Source: Phoronis australis (taxonomy: Eukaryota > Animalia > Phoronida). From it: a DNA stretch of 55,816 nucleotides. Numbering within the stretch: the stretch's first letter is position 1; each line of letters opens with the position of its first letter. The notes under the pieces are model-generated. The model did no database searches, was not told the origin of the DNA, and saw only the letters and a program-made list of their open reading frames with translations. The stretch is taken from positions 120,727 through 176,542 of the forward strand of contig NMRA01000731.1 of assembly GCA_002633005.1 (NCBI GenBank). Direction: 5' to 3'. Positions 1 through 14,195 of this stretch are shown here, one piece after another. A program made the position numbers and the translations under genes.

Positions 1-456
1 TCGCTGTATCAAGACTATAGTCAAAATCCAAATTCGTTTTATCGTGTCCCTGTCAATAATAACGGCATGCTAAAGCCTTCTTAATTTTCGTACTTCAGGA
101 ACATAACAATCACGTGTTTTGTACACATACGCGCACGCCGCAGATCACATCTCGGAAATTGCCGATTTGACGGATGACAATGAATGAACACAATGAAATG
201 AACAACGTCGTTTTACAGCTTGTAAGATTCATAATAAACGTTCGTATTTTGAATATTGCAATGCATGTGTTCCAAAATCTAAATAACTTGGGTCCTATAT
301 TTTTGTATTCGTGCGCGCCGATTGAAACTAATCGTGAGTGTTGCTGTGTTGCAAAATCTCTTATCCTGGGCCGATTTGAAAAATTCAAAGTTGTACTCAT
401 ATTTGTTTTCGCTCCTCTTTTCAAATATTACAGTAAAAACTACGTAAAACTCTCTC

Positions 457-699
457 CATAAAAAGTACAGTCTGCTACCTAGATTGTAATCAGCTGATCA
501 TATCCGCATGAGCGAAGCCAATTATCCTCGCTTGTGACTCGATGACTAGAGCAGCTTGGCGGCATCCCTCTGATCGTGAGCCGAGTGCGACTCAGCCAAG
601 GTGGATAGATACGGTCTACTTCAATTTTCCATACCCCGCCGTTTACCTTAACCACTGGGGTTAGAACCAATCTTATTTAGTGGGAATGTTCATAGCATG
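457..699 (-). mobile_element. Terminal segment (end A) of a CATG-ended non-autonomous DNA transposon family; may extend left towards base 1
   Basis: Near-identical to 7356-7599 (reverse complement) and 20003-20244. All three copies stop at the same terminus CATGCTATGAACATTCCCACTAAA. Confidence 0.7.
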
Positions 700-3600
700 C
701 AAACACAAGTTGTGAAAAGAGATAAATCGATCATCACCCAAATTCATTAATTTGATCTGTAATTTTTAATTTCGTTGTTTCGATCTCATGCTCATGACGC
801 ACTTTAACCACCGGTTTGATTTCTGTTGTTCAATCTTGCATTAAGTAGGTCAACAGTTGACACCGCCTGCTGGACTGGAGACGGTCACCAAATTAAACGT
901 TTTACCGATAATTAAGTTAATTACGCACTGCAAATTCAGTTGATATTGCCAAATTGAATGTTGAAATAGCAAACATGATGAATTTATGTATAGGTTATAC
1001 TGATCACAAACAAGTGTTGACTGAATATTTATCCGAAGACCTTGAGACTTTCACATCTTGCAACTTAATTGACTTTTTCTTGGCTTCGGCAAATTGAATT
1101 AATTTGAACTTAGGAACACGAATTTAAGGATTTCGCTGAAAGTTTCAAACTTATCTCAAAAACACTCTTAGAATTTTTGATATAAAGGCACAGATTTAGC
1201 GTCATGTATCAAAGATGAATAGGACAGCATTTTTTACAAAAATATGTTTTGCGAGTTGATTTGTCATGAAAACCAAACTAAAAGACTAATCAAAAATTCC
1301 AAACAGTGTTTTTTAGGCAACTGGTAAAGTTTTCCTTAAAATCGACCCATGGGTTATTTTGGTATGAATGTACCATTTCTAAAAATGAAGTTTTGACTTA
1401 AAAACGTATTAGTATAATGGCACATAAATATGAAACATATTTTTATAATCTTTAATCTTTTTATAATCTTTAATCTTTTTTTTTGCAGGAGATATATTCT
1501 TTACTAATTGACAAAGCTTGATTTTGAGTTAGGATGGAGGCCACTAAATAAATTAGGTTTGAGATGACTATAAGGCCGCTCATCAGCTGGGAAAATCGGT
1601 ATGTCAAAGTCCTGAATATGCTGGAAATGGCATAGTTGCAACTTTTGACAATCCAGTCGATGTTTTAAAAGACCTCAAGTTCTAAGAGCATTAATACTAA
1701 CTCCAGCTCACTTAAGTGCCGTTTACACTTACAAAGTTGACACAGATCATCTGACACGGAACGAGTTGTTCCAGTGTGTAAACGGACTGACACAGAGCAA
1801 GTTGACATGGCGGTGATAAATTTTTGCCATCCATTTGTGAGGTAGAGCAATTTGCGCCCGAACATCTTGCGTCGTATCAATTATAAGTCTAAACGCGAGA
1901 CTGGAGCAAGAAGGAAAGGAACATCTCTACTGCGCTTGTGCAATGACCTTCATGCAGGTTCTTTGTCTCTGCAACTTTCGTCATTTGTAAACCTGCGCAC
2001 GTGCGATCCAGTCTCTCCAGCCTGCAATTTCCGTCTTGCCGCGGTTAGTGAGTTGTGTGTAAACGGCCGCTTGACACGGGTCAATTTGCTCTGTGTCAGT
2101 TGCGCCAGGCCAAAAGTTGATGTCTAAATGGGACTTATTACACGGGAATCAATCGCACATGAGTTGGTTTGCTTACATTAACAAATAATATTCAAGGTGA
2201 TGGATGAAACTATCATGGACTCATTATGGGGTCAAAGCATTGTTAGCCAGTCATATAGTCGGGATTGCTGTCTGACCTAGGGAGTTGATCAGCATATGCC
2301 ATATATTAAGAAATAGGTCATTCGAACAGTTTCACATGACCCTACCATGCTAATGTTGGAAACTTCGGAACTGCATGAGTAAACTAGGATTCTCAACTGT
2401 GACAAAAGCCGGATTCTTTCGAAACATAAACTCGTAGCACAAAATAAATGTCCATGGGTGTTCTCGATAAGTGTCATTTCCAACGTAGAACGTGGGTGAA
2501 ATATCACCAATTAATGCACAATGGCAAGGACGACTAAAATTTAGTTTTCCCGCCTTTTCCGTTTTGAAAGACAAAATTGTTTCAAGTGCTTCAGAACCTT
2601 GCTTAATGTCTGCAACGACATTAATGTCCAAGTAAAAACGGGGCATTGAGGAGACAATTTACTTAATTGAACTGCACACATGACTGATTGCCAGCTCAAG
2701 GCGACCAGAAGGTCAACGTCTACTTGCTTGAGGCTTTTTTCTCACATTGATGACTGGGCGAATAGCTTTTAATTATCCCTGCCATCTGTATATAAACCAT
2801 GACTTTTACCCCATTCATAGAGCGGCTAAAATACTTCATTAGCACTTAGGCTAGTAGCAAAAGTGCCATTGATGAGAACCGTTTCAAGTATCACTTTTTT
2901 AATACTGAATGAAAACAAAGTTGTGAAATTTTAACGTGATTTTAAATCTATGTTTTATGATGACCAGATACGTTCCTTTTTTCACAAGTGTAAACATGTT
3001 GTTAAATGTATTTTTAGTGTCTAATAAGGAACTTTATTGCAACAGAGGTCTTGAAGAAATCTGCAATCACTAACACTCTGTTGCTAAGGAAACTCGATGA
3101 TTGATATATAGTACAAATAGTCTTGAGTAGCCACACCCAGTTAGATTGTACTTTACCGAGAGTGTTGTGGTCGTACCCTAACCTTAATATAGTACGTAGT
3201 TTTTACAAATCAATACATCAAAAGATTTTTCTCAGAAGTGTAGATTTGTATTCTGTTGCTTCCTCTTACAATAATAGTGAGGACGCGACTTTCACTCGCA
3301 ATGCCCATTTACATCCATGTTAGTTTTCACAGCAGTCTCTTATTGCTCAGCTGTTGGCTTACTGCTCTGAGCATCAATTGTCACAAGTACCTACGCTCGG
3401 TAAAAAAATTCCTCTTTGAGACTGAGAAATTACTTATTTTGCTCAAATTTTGTAAACAGGTACGTAATTCAAGAATTGCGATCAGCGACAAATGATTATT
3501 GATTAATGTAATTGGGTTGTAATAATTAAGCGCATAGAGGTTTTTTATTTTGTCTGTGTTTCAAAAATAGTGGATCTGACAATTTTTTCTAAAAATTCTT

Positions 3601-3763
3601 GCGATAGTCAAAATAAATAACTCTCACGTTATAATCCCTAAGAAGTAGATTCGTCACGATCTGTTGAAAAGGTAGTTTTACGAGTCTTCGCGTTCCTTGC
3701 CTCATTAAGGCTGTCTGTGCCTTGAGTCGGGGTCCAAAATCACATGACCTATCGTTTAGTCTG

Positions 3764-3801
3764 AAAAGATTTCTGCCCCGACCGGGGTTTGAACCCGGGA
3801 C
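3764..3801 (-). mobile_element. tRNA-derived SINE head fragment
   Basis: Minus strand GTCCCGGGTTCAAACCCCGGTCGGGGCA is a B-box/T-arm-like hairpin. No full cloverleaf is present. Confidence 0.45.
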
Positions 3802-6800
3802 ATCGACATATGGCGTATAGGAAGACTAATAATTGTTATTTATACCATTATTAATTAATGTTTCACACTCGTGGGGAGGCATGAACACATTGCGTTAGCG
3901 GCTATTTCTCAACAATTTTATAAACCAACAGTTCTATTTTTGACTCTTTAAAGACAAATTAGTGTCCAATATTTAAGAATCAAATACAACGAACTGTAAA
4001 ATCTTCATTTTGTATTCTCTATCTATTACTTGTAATTGTATTCATCATAATAAATGACCTTATTAATCGGCTACCTTGGTCTATTTTTCTTCTCTGGTAC
4101 GACCTTGTGGCGCATTTACATTATTCAGAACATATGTCGATCATAAAATTCAATTCGAGTCAAATTTTATTATCCAACATTTTAAAGATTTTCTCAAACT
4201 GGAGATTTTTACCGAACTTTCCAAGAGAAATATGAGTTACGCCGAGTTGTAGCCAATAGTTGACAATATTAGCCTTCGCCAGAAATGCCAGGCTTCAAAA
4301 GCTTCTAACACAGTATGAGTGTCTACAATTTTTCAAAATATTGTGTACGTTACAGCGCAGAGCTTGAAAGCAGGCAATACTTTGGTGTTGCAAGAAAAAA
4401 GATGGAAAGCAAAATTCTGATTGCACATCTCATCGTATCCCTAAGTTGACAGTGGAATTTTACCGCACCTGAGATGGATGCCAGAAGTCATCAACAATTG
4501 AATCAGTATTTTCAATGCAATGTATGATAAAATGCAGTTGTGCAGTAGGAAAAATTAGTACGCTTAATACGAAATAGCTGTGTTCGGAACAGGTAAACCC
4601 GGTTGTAACTTTTCTGCCATTCTAACCGATGTAATCATTACCCATTCATGCCCGCAAGTAAAACTGTTGTACCAATTAGTTCATGGTTTTAGTCGCTAGT
4701 TGTCAGTGCTCTGGCATTTTTATTTACCCCCATTTAGTGCTTTGATGAACCATTTGACTGCAGTGCCACCTACAGAGTTGTACTCTTGCCAATGCCATGG
4801 TCACACCAAGTAATATAACCTCGTGCTGCGTTCAACCACCACCCTCGTTTTAAAGTCTTCATGCGCAGAGTTACATAAGTAATGTAGGTGGCGTGCTGAC
4901 CTGACTTAAAAATGTTTGCAACTCAGAGTTATGACTTTTTAAATCAATTTTAAGAGTTAGGACTGCTTTGGTATGAACAAGGTGAATCTTCAAAACAAAA
5001 TGGATGTCAGTGCTGTAATGCTCACTGAGGTTAGTGCCATATTCTTTATCATGTAATCTCACTATGAATAGTTGTGCTATGAGCCATTGTTGCAGTTCAC
5101 AATCATTATGGTGCTTCTGCTCTCCAGGGTAGACTTCAGTAAGGCTGGGACATGCTAGGACTTAGCTAAAAAGCAAGACTTCGCGAGATACTGTTGTGTA
5201 TTTTCAGTGGGAACACATGACTTTGACTAGATTTTTCTAGTCATAAGACAGCTATTGAATTCTACACAGTGCCTGAGCTTTGCTTACAAACACAGCAGAC
5301 ATTCACTGTGAAGTATGGTAAAGTCTCTCCAATTAATGACACATTATGGCTTACAAATGAAATTTTACTTTTTTATTTTTTTCTTATAAGATGAATATGG
5401 TACGGAGTACACACTTTCATCATGTTCAAGTCCTTTACCATGGCCTCTATAAGTCCATGTGTTATGGAATTGTTGGCATTTGCAATAAAGTAAAAAACTT
5501 AATGACATTTAAAAAAATCCAATAATTATTTTTCTCTGAAATTGGTGAGATTTTACCCTGTGAGTGAATTTTTGCATAAGTCAAATGAGAAGATGAAAAA
5601 TGAATGTTATATTACTAAGTATTACAAAGTCATGTCTTCACTTAATATCTGTTTTAGCCGATGTGATAATGCGACCTATTTGACTAACTTAGCCAGCTTA
5701 GTTATGATAACTACCCACATATTTGGGTTGTACCATTTATTTGGTCATTATAGCTAAAAAATAGCATTGGGAGTGATCCCTCATAAAAACAACGTTGAAA
5801 ATTGGCCATTGTGGTAAGCTTTTGAAATTGACCCTGGCATCACCCGACATTTACGCTGTTTGATTACTGGCCATAGATGCTGGTTTGTGACGGTCGGGTC
5901 ACCATGTCTAGGTACAATCACAAATCTGTGAATGTCGAACAATGCTGGTTCCATGTCCTTGTAATTTTAGTTTCAAATTTGGATGGGAATATCGCCCTGG
6001 TTTCTTGAATGATTGTTGAATCTTAAGCTCAAAATTCAAGCCAGGAGAATTGTTGACATTGTCATTTTTTCATTTTTCAAAAGCTCGCTGCTGGCGTAAT
6101 ATGCTGACAATTTCATCAGGTGTGGTTGACTGACAGCTGTATATAAGACAAACTGAGCAGACAATTAACTGAATATTTCTCATTTATTTTTGTTTAGAAA
6201 TATCATAAAATAAAATTTCAGTGCACAGCCATATTACCATATGTTCTAATTGATAAGCTTCACTGTTATTAACGGTAAAAATTCTCTAGTTCGGACAGTG
6301 GAAAATTTTCCTCAAGGTCAGAGCTTGAACCAAATTTTAGAAGTAGGCGATGCTTGCTGGACAAAAAAAAACGATTATTCTCCTCAGCACTACATACATG
6401 AAAGCGGTTTATGAATTGCCAAGTATATTTTTGATACAAAAGTCAGTGTCTGATATTTTGAGAAATATGAAGATTGTTGAGTGCCTCTGTCCCAATCATA
6501 ATAGAACGAAAAAATCAATTTCAAACTAAAACTTCTGTAAGAGTCTCCAAACTGGATAATTTTTCCGGTAGTTGTTGTAATTACATGTTAATAAGTCCTA
6601 AACTGACATGGAGGTTGTTTCCAACAATTTTTTTTTTGTTGTAGTCAAAGGTAGTTCTTGTAATTATATGATTATAATCAGTCCTAAACTGACTGAATGT
6701 TTTTTTCAATAACTTTTGTTCTGGCCGCATTTGATTGATGTCATTTGCTGAAGTTTATCAAAAGGCTACATTGTGTCAGTGTCTTTGCTCATCAAACACA

Positions 6801-7355
6801 ATTAGTTTTGTATTGTTCCTGAACATTTGCCATTGTTACTTTTATGGGCATGTTCACAATAACACTTCTGGGAATTTTAACCTGGTCATGACTGTGACAC
6901 TGATCCCATGCCAAATGACGTCGAAAGGATTTCGCAAAGGTATTGTTTAACTTGCGAAATCCATGTGATGAGAGTTGTGCCCATCGCATGGTTATCGCAT
7001 ATGGGGCACTACCATTGTTTTCCTTTGTTGCGTCTTTGTTGAATATAACAGTACAGATCGTATGGATATCGTACCTTGGGCGCACATTCAGATGGTTTCC
7101 GATAAATGCTTGTCATAAGCTTTATTATGAGAAAGAAAACCAAAGTGAACAATATATACGTCACCGATCTGTATGGGACGAGCTAGCGACCTTAAGTTTC
7201 CTGTGGAATACTTGTAAACCATACCTAAATAGCATTTTTTTGTTGTTGAATAACTCACTTTCGATTATATTTTGAAGTGAGAATATTGTATTTTGAGATC
7301 CCTGCTCAAAATCAAATTCAAACTCACGACCTCGGCAGTCGCCAGACATCACTTT

Positions 7356-8510
7356 CATGCTATGAACATTCCCACTAAATAAAATTGGTTCTAACCCCAG
7401 TGGTTAAGGTAAACGGCGGGGTATGGAAAATTGGACTAGACCGTATTTATCCACCTTGGCTGAGTCGCACTCGGCTCACGATCAAAGGGATGCCGCCAGG
7501 CTGCTCTAGTCATCGAGTCACGAGCGAGGATAATTGGCTTCGCTCATGCGGATATGATCAGCTGATTACAATCTAGCTAGCAGACTGTACTTTTTATGGN
7601 NNNNNNNNNNNNNNNNNNNNNNNNNNNNNNNNNNNNNNNNNNNNNNNNNNNNNNNNNNNNNNNNNNNNNNNNNNNNNNNNNNNNNNNNNNNNNNNNNNNN
7701 NNNNNNNNNNNNNNNNNNNNNNNNNNNNNNNNNNNNNNNNNNNNNNNNNNNNNNNNNNNNNNNNNNNNNNNNNNNNNNNNNNNNNNNNNNNNNNNNNNNN
7801 NNNNNNNNNNNNNNNNNNNNNNNNNNNNNNNNNNNNNNNNNNNNNNNNNNNNNNNNNNNNNNNNNNNNNNNNNNNNNNNNNNNNNNNNNNNNNNNNNNNN
7901 NNNNNNNNNNNNNNNNNNNNNNNNNNNNNNNNNNNNNNNNNNNNNNNNNNNNNNNNNNNNNNNNNNNNNNNNNNNNNNNNNNNNNNNNNNNNNNNNNNNN
8001 NNNNNNNNNNNNNNNNNNNNNNNNNNNNNNNNNNNNNNNNNNNNNNNNNNNNNNNNNNNNNNNNNNNNNNNNNNNNNNNNNNNNNNNNNNNNNNNNNNNN
8101 NNNNNNNNNNNNNNNNNNNNNNNNNNNNNNNNNNNNNNNNNNNNNNNNNNNNNNNNNNNNNNNNNNNNNNNNNNNNNNNNNNNNNNNNNNNNNNNNNNNN
8201 NNNNNNNNNNNNNNNNNCCCCTCCCCGTGAAATGAATTTTTCTAAGCGTTTGTTTGAGCCAATACAGTATACAGCTTTCCACCAAGGCTAGGTGATGCAA
8301 GACATTATTCTTTGTTGCATTATAGTAACTGGTCTTGGCTAATTATCATTTTATGGCCTGGTCATCCATTCAGCCAAAAGTAGTTCCAGAGGTGGCTTAT
8401 CAGCCAATTATTCACGCATGCTGACTCACAATAGAAGCCTGATAAGAGTGAAGGTGGATAAATGTGGTGTTCCTACAGTTTCTTGTTTTAGTGGATGTGT
8501 TCACGACATG
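7356..8510 (+). mobile_element. CATG-ended non-autonomous DNA transposon, end A and end B spanning an assembly gap
   Basis: Left terminus CATGCTATGAACATTCCCACTAAATAA versus reverse complement of right terminus CATGTCGTGAACACATCCACTAAAACAAG forms an imperfect ~28-bp TIR. The same A/gap/B layout recurs inverted at 19761-20244. No TSD visible. Confidence 0.65.
7600..8217. other. Assembly gap (N run)
   Basis: Run of N. Confidence 1.
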
Positions 8511-10469
8511 ATGCGGGCGACAAGGAACAATTTGTTGTGCAGATGCACATTAACTCCCTCAGGATCAAAACTACGTTTCGTATTAGTTTTCCCTAGCATC
8601 TTCCTATCATACGTACACCTACTTAACTCAATATTAAGAGGACTTTGTGAACGAAAGGACTGAGGGTCCACACAGAGCTGCTTTATGCTTGGCTTCAACT
8701 TCAATTTGAGTAACAGCTCTGTAACTGTGAGACCTTGGATATGTAGTAAACAAATTTCCATCTGGTTGTGTGGTTCCAGGGTGGTTCTGTTAAATCTTTT
8801 TTCTCGTTACATGGTATATATTTCGTATTTGAAGTTCCCGAAGAACGAAGATAAGGTATTTTGCTATACGTATGTGAACTATTGTAAAAATGGACAATTT
8901 TTGTGAATAAGGTTTAAGATATCCTTTTTTAATGACCTGGATGTGTGGGCAAAAATTCACTAATAAAACTCCGTGATTCAAATCAAAAGGAAATCACTCT
9001 TAGAAATAACAGAACATGAACGAAACTCACAAATGTTTCTATCATGCATATCATCTGCCTCTGGTACGTGGCTATAAATCACTGCTGCTCATCCCGTTTG
9101 CTACAGCAATATTGAACAGAACATCACTGGATGACCGGAAGGGCCACTAAAATTACTAGTACTCACCAAAAGCCAATGAAGAAGTTAGCGTAAACATTAC
9201 AGAAATATGCTGGCAAAGTAATAATAACAATAACAACAGTATGAAAATTGATATACAGAAAAATCTCATCAATATCGGATAAAAAATAATTGACAGAATT
9301 AACATTTTTCAAAGTCTTCTGACATTGTTGTGAATGTCCACATTAACTTAACTATGCCTGTTGGCAGGTAGTGAGTGTATAGAACTTAATTTATATAATG
9401 TTTATTTGGTGCTACAAATATTTTGTGAAAAACAAGAAAAAACAATTGTCACGTGTCTGCCATATTGAGTCTTAAATAGGGCCGACGTAGATTACACAAC
9501 TGGCGACACTCCAGTCTTGCTGTATTTACCTACAATGCCGTAAACATTCGTCAGGCACATTTGCTGCCTCGTTTTCAAGCCACTGGAGTTTCACATATTA
9601 TTTGTTGTTGTCTGATTCTCAAGAATTTTTTCTCCATTGCATTACTCTATTCGTCCTTCTAATGCCAACAAAGTACTACTTCTGGGATGTTGGCTGCAAC
9701 TCCTACGTGAACAAGTTTGATAAACTGGACAAATACCCATGAATGCGTGACCCGAAATTCTTCGCCTTTTCGATATTTGAGGGCGTTCTCCCATTTAGTG
9801 ACTACCAGAAATAGAGAGGTTGTGAGCATGCGATAATATCTAGCTCCTTTGTTAATTCCGGAGCACATGCAGGCCAATCATCTATCAGACATATTACTGA
9901 CCACAAGCGAATAGCCAAACCCAGTGTGCGTTGGTACGTTGGGATAGAATAGATTGTCTTAACTTCAGTTGTAGTTGGGTGATTTTGGTGATTCAAAAAC
10001 TAAACATAATCTGCATTTGAGGATCGATTCAGAAATGTATTGATTTATATTCCAACATTTTATAACTTAGCTTTTATTTTTAACAGCACAGCCCATTCTG
10101 GCTAGATATTATCATATCGGAGATTAGAGCAATTACCGAACAAAAGAGAACTTAGACCCTCCAACCATAAATGCCAGAATGGAGTAATCAGCGGTGTAAG
10201 AATACTGGCTACAGCAGTCATCCACTCAACTTGTTGTTGTGCTTACATTACCCAACAAGTTGGACTTAATGTGAGAACACCGTTATGACATCAACGAGAT
10301 GTGCGAAAATGTGCCCGATTTTGAAAACTAGGTCACATGGGACATATCGCCATGTAATCCGGGACGGCCCTTATTGGCAAGATATTGCGGGACTAACAGT
10401 AGCTGCATATCATGGACTTCAAATGGCATGGACTCTAGATGGCGATTCAGCGGCGACGCATCAGTCGGC

Positions 10470-10964
10470 AAGTTTTCGCCCTGTGATGAGCACAATTTTT
10501 TGAAAAATTATCGTAATTTAACAACGGAAGTTCATAGCAATGCACCACAATTTTGTAGAAAGACTGTCATAGGCTAAAAATTCGTCACAAAGCGTAAATT
10601 TTATGAATCCTAGCTTCCGATTTTACCCGTTTGGGAAACCGGCTTTCAACTGCCGTAGGCTACAATAAGAATCGCTCCCCGTGAAATGATTTTTCTAAGC
10701 GTTTATTAGAGCCAATAGAGTATACAGCTTTCCACCAAGGCTAGCTGATACTAGGACATTATTCTTTGTTGCTTTAGTAACTGGTATTGGCTAATATTAT
10801 CATTTTATGGCCTGGTCATCCATTCAGCCAAAAGTAGTTCCAGAGGTGACTTATCAGCCAATTATTCACGCATGCTGACTCACAATAGAAGCCTGATAAG
10901 AGTGAAGGTGGATAAATGTGGTGTTCCTACAGTTTCTTGTTTTAGTGGATGTGTTCACGACATG
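10470..10964 (+). mobile_element. End B and internal part of the CATG-ended transposon
   Basis: 10675-10964 is near-identical to 8221-8510 and ends at GTTCACGACATG. 10470-10720 is homologous to 50745-50998. Confidence 0.7.
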
Positions 10965-11352
10965 TTGCTAGTGGAACTAAACCCTACTCAGCAATTTTGG
11001 ATTGCTGGTAGCCATTTTTGGCGAGAATTTGCAATTTGTAATAAAGTTACAAACACTACAGATTTTTTTGCTTTATAGCTCTGATCAAAGCCAATAACTT
11101 TAAGAAGTCTATCCCATTGTAATCCCCAAAATGTGCTTTTTGGCTCTAAAACTAAGTGTGTTCCTGTATAAATTGAGATACGTTGTTTTCTGTTTTTTTG
11201 TTTTAAGAAAATACTCATGGGTTGATGCCCTGGCTCATCCAAAATTTCCCAAATTTTCACTTTTAAGCGCGTACGCTAAGCTAATACAGCCTACCCCCAA
11301 ATTATTATCCTACAATTCTTTGTGAACGCCTGTTTAATTAGAATTTCCAACT

Positions 11353-11573
11353 TTGAAAAATACGTAACTTTTCAGAAACAGTCAGTTTCAGTCGAATATA
11401 CACTGGTGCCCGGCCTTAGCTTCTTGATCACTTAACCGATGGACCATTTGGGTAAAAGCTCATTGAAAAGTACGTAACTTTTCAGAAACGGTCAGTTTCA
11501 GTCAAATATACAGTGGTGCCCGGCCTTAGCTTTTTGATCACTTAACCGATGGACCATGTGGGTAAAAGCTCAT
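11353..11573. repeat. Tandem duplication, 2 x ~110 bp
   Basis: TTGAAAA.TACGTAACTTTTCAGAAAC...GGGTAAAAGCTCAT starts at 11353 and again at 11463. Confidence 0.9.
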
Positions 11574-12996
11574 CGCGACTTCTTAAAAAATTACACCCAC
11601 TTAAGGGCTCACCCTCTGTTTTTAAGTACTCAGGGCAGTAACCCCGATGAGTATAGTATGTCTTTTACATTATGTTAGCAAATATGCAAAATGCAGTTTC
11701 TCAGTTCCCCAAAATTTTATGTCCATGGGACATTGTTTTAATTTTAAGCCATTTCCTGCTTTTTCAGCTCCAACAAATATGTAAAAAGTGCTGCAGCAGA
11801 ATTACATAAAACTTTAACTCCTTTGTCCCCTTTTTAATACGGCAAAACCCAATTGTTTGGACACAATTGCTCACAAACCCAGTCTAACCTGAGGCCAAAA
11901 GCCAGGCGTAATTTTTTTCCAGCAATATGTAAAGCAAGCGCTATCATTTGTTTGCCCTTATTGATAGTCTGCTTCCCTACATAAGCGGCTGCACAGCAGC
12001 CAGACCTCATTCAGTAGTATGCACAGCATGAGGGCACCTACTGCTTGGCGACTGTGGAAAGCCCTGGAAGGTCAGTTGTTAAGGCCAAACCTTTTTAGAG
12101 GAAATTTATATTGAGCTGGTATTTAAATTCTGTTTGCGTGACGAGGCATTTTACTTTTGAATGAGTCTACTTTTGGGTTCTAATTTGTTTGTTTTATTCA
12201 AACATTGATTTTGAGTTTGCATGTTGGTTTGATATTTGCTTAGTGGGTTTGACTTTTTTGTATGATTGGCTATTTTTGCTGGCTTTCGTAAAATGTCAAA
12301 AGGGGGGTGATTAGAGAAATGGTGATGAAGTATTTGAAGTAATCATTCCAGTTTATGTAGAAATTGCAAAAAAATGTTTATTTTGTTTGAACAGGCAAAG
12401 TTTAGAACATTCTGGGTGTGTTTTGCTGACTAAAAAATGAACAGAGCAAGCTTGACTACCATACTTTAAGCTGGAACAAAGAGTATTTGTTTAGAATCCA
12501 AGGAAGCACAATTGATCATAGGAAATCCAGTGTAAGATAGCTGTTATTTATATTGAACACATACTTCAGATACTCAGTTAACTGATTAATCCTAAGTTTC
12601 AGCCTGCAATCCATGAGTATTTAATTTTACGTCTGCTCACCATTGACCTGGAGTCTTCTGATGTGCCAAGCTCATGAACCAGCTAAATGAATTGTGTAAC
12701 AAGATGGATAACCTTGGTGCACCGAATTGTATTCTTAACTTAGTGACCTCTAAATTGAATTTTTGGTATTTCTGCTTTTGCTAACATTTGGTATTTGTTT
12801 CAGTTTCCTGCACATGTCAAATTCTTAGTTTTGAAAATAGCTTACTAATTCACAATGAAATCAAATTCTCATTTATTCATCTTTTGTTCACTTGTGAACA
12901 TGTTCATGAGGAACTTGGTGTGCATGTGAATTGTTCATTCTTTAGTAGTGGTGGTGGATCAAGGGTTAGTCGATGAGGTGGTTTATAGAATATATA

Positions 12997-13265
12997 CAGT
13001 ACTCGCCAAAAGTATTCAGACAAAATGGCAAGGTATTCCCCGTCATAACTTCTGGGAGAAATCGAAATTTGTGGTCAGAGCAGCCTTCGGTCATGTCCGA
13101 GAATCAAGGAATTAACGGGGAAAATTAGTCTGGTGGCTAATCCAGTTTGTAATTAGAATTTTGCAGCCATGATGGCTGTGTTTTTGTTGTAAACAGAATT
13201 AGCCATCATGGTGGGGGATGGGGGGGGCGAACGGTTTTATGTCTGATTAATTTTGTCTTGTACTG
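12997..13265. mobile_element. Tc1/mariner-type MITE (~270 bp)
   Basis: TA-flanked. Left end CAGTACTCGCCAAAAGTATTCAGACA versus reverse complement of right end CAGTACAAGACAAAATTAATCAGACA. Confidence 0.6.
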
Positions 13266-13967
13266 TATATTCAGCAAGATAATGAGAATAGCTCTTTTAA
13301 ATGAACTGGAAAAAGCGAAATATTATAGAATGAAGTTAATGGAATGATGCTGTATGTTAACTGACCTGAATTGGTTGGGATTTTATAGTTTTATGACTGT
13401 TTGTCATTTTTACCCTGTAGAGACTCAGACAGCATCTGCCTGTGGAAAGCAAAACTACGGTGAAATCTCACTAGTTCGGACAACAATAATTGTCAAAAGT
13501 AGTCTTTTTTCATTTTTCAAAAGCTTCTAGCACTGATATGAATATCCACATTTTCTGAGTTTCATTGTCTGAAGGTAGCTCTGGTGTGGATCTTCAAAAC
13601 TGGTGCTAAATATTTTCTTTAAAAAAATGGAAAAATCACATTTCTGTTGTCGTCGGTATTTTGTCCTAAATTGGTGAGATTCTACAGCACTGTCACACCA
13701 TAGAATATTTTACTCGGGACTCCCATTTCGCTCACGCACTAAACTCATTTCACAAGGGTACCTTGATTAAGATGTTTGTGCCCGGTTTGTTAACTAGGCT
13801 ATAAAAGTGCAAAATAACTAAATGATGCTCAGGCAAATTCCACCTCAGTACTCATCACTGCTCGAAATCAAATGGGGAAGCTGATACAATAGAAAACCTT
13901 CACTTGCGGACAAAAAAAAAATGACCAGCTCATACCCTGAGCAGAAAGTGAAACAAATTGACGAAAG

Positions 13968-14195
13968 TCTCACTATAAAATATTAACCAAACTCCGAATA
14001 ATTCAAAAAGCATCAGGCTGATTAACGCCAGCGAACTGTCTCACTATAAAATATTAAATGAACTCAGACATTAAAAATAGCCTCAGGAATGTATGATAAG
14101 TGTCACACTATAAAATATTAACTCGTCTCCTATCATTCAAAAAGCATCAACCTCAGGAAAGCAAAATAGCTGACACTATGAAATATTAACTGGAT
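13968..14195. repeat. Degenerate tandem repeat, 4 x ~65-70 bp
   Basis: Core CACTAT(A/G)AAATATTAA recurs at about 13971, 14043, 14106 and 14175. Confidence 0.7.

Noticed and set aside
479-670. 63-aa ORF MVLTPVVKVNGG... present three times (also 7385-7576 and 20024-20215)
   Set aside because: It lies in the terminal part of a repeated element, starts at a non-ATG codon and has no known domain. Conservation reflects recent DNA copying.
1852-2127. ORF containing ARRKG as the BCL11 first exon
   Set aside because: It does not match MSRRKQ, has a non-ATG start and shows no suitable phase-1 donor after the motif.
3764-3801. tRNA gene
   Set aside because: Only the T-arm/B-box portion is present, with no D-arm, anticodon arm or acceptor stem pairing.
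7566-8300. Long ORFs of 231-244 aa
   Set aside because: Artefacts of reading through N runs.
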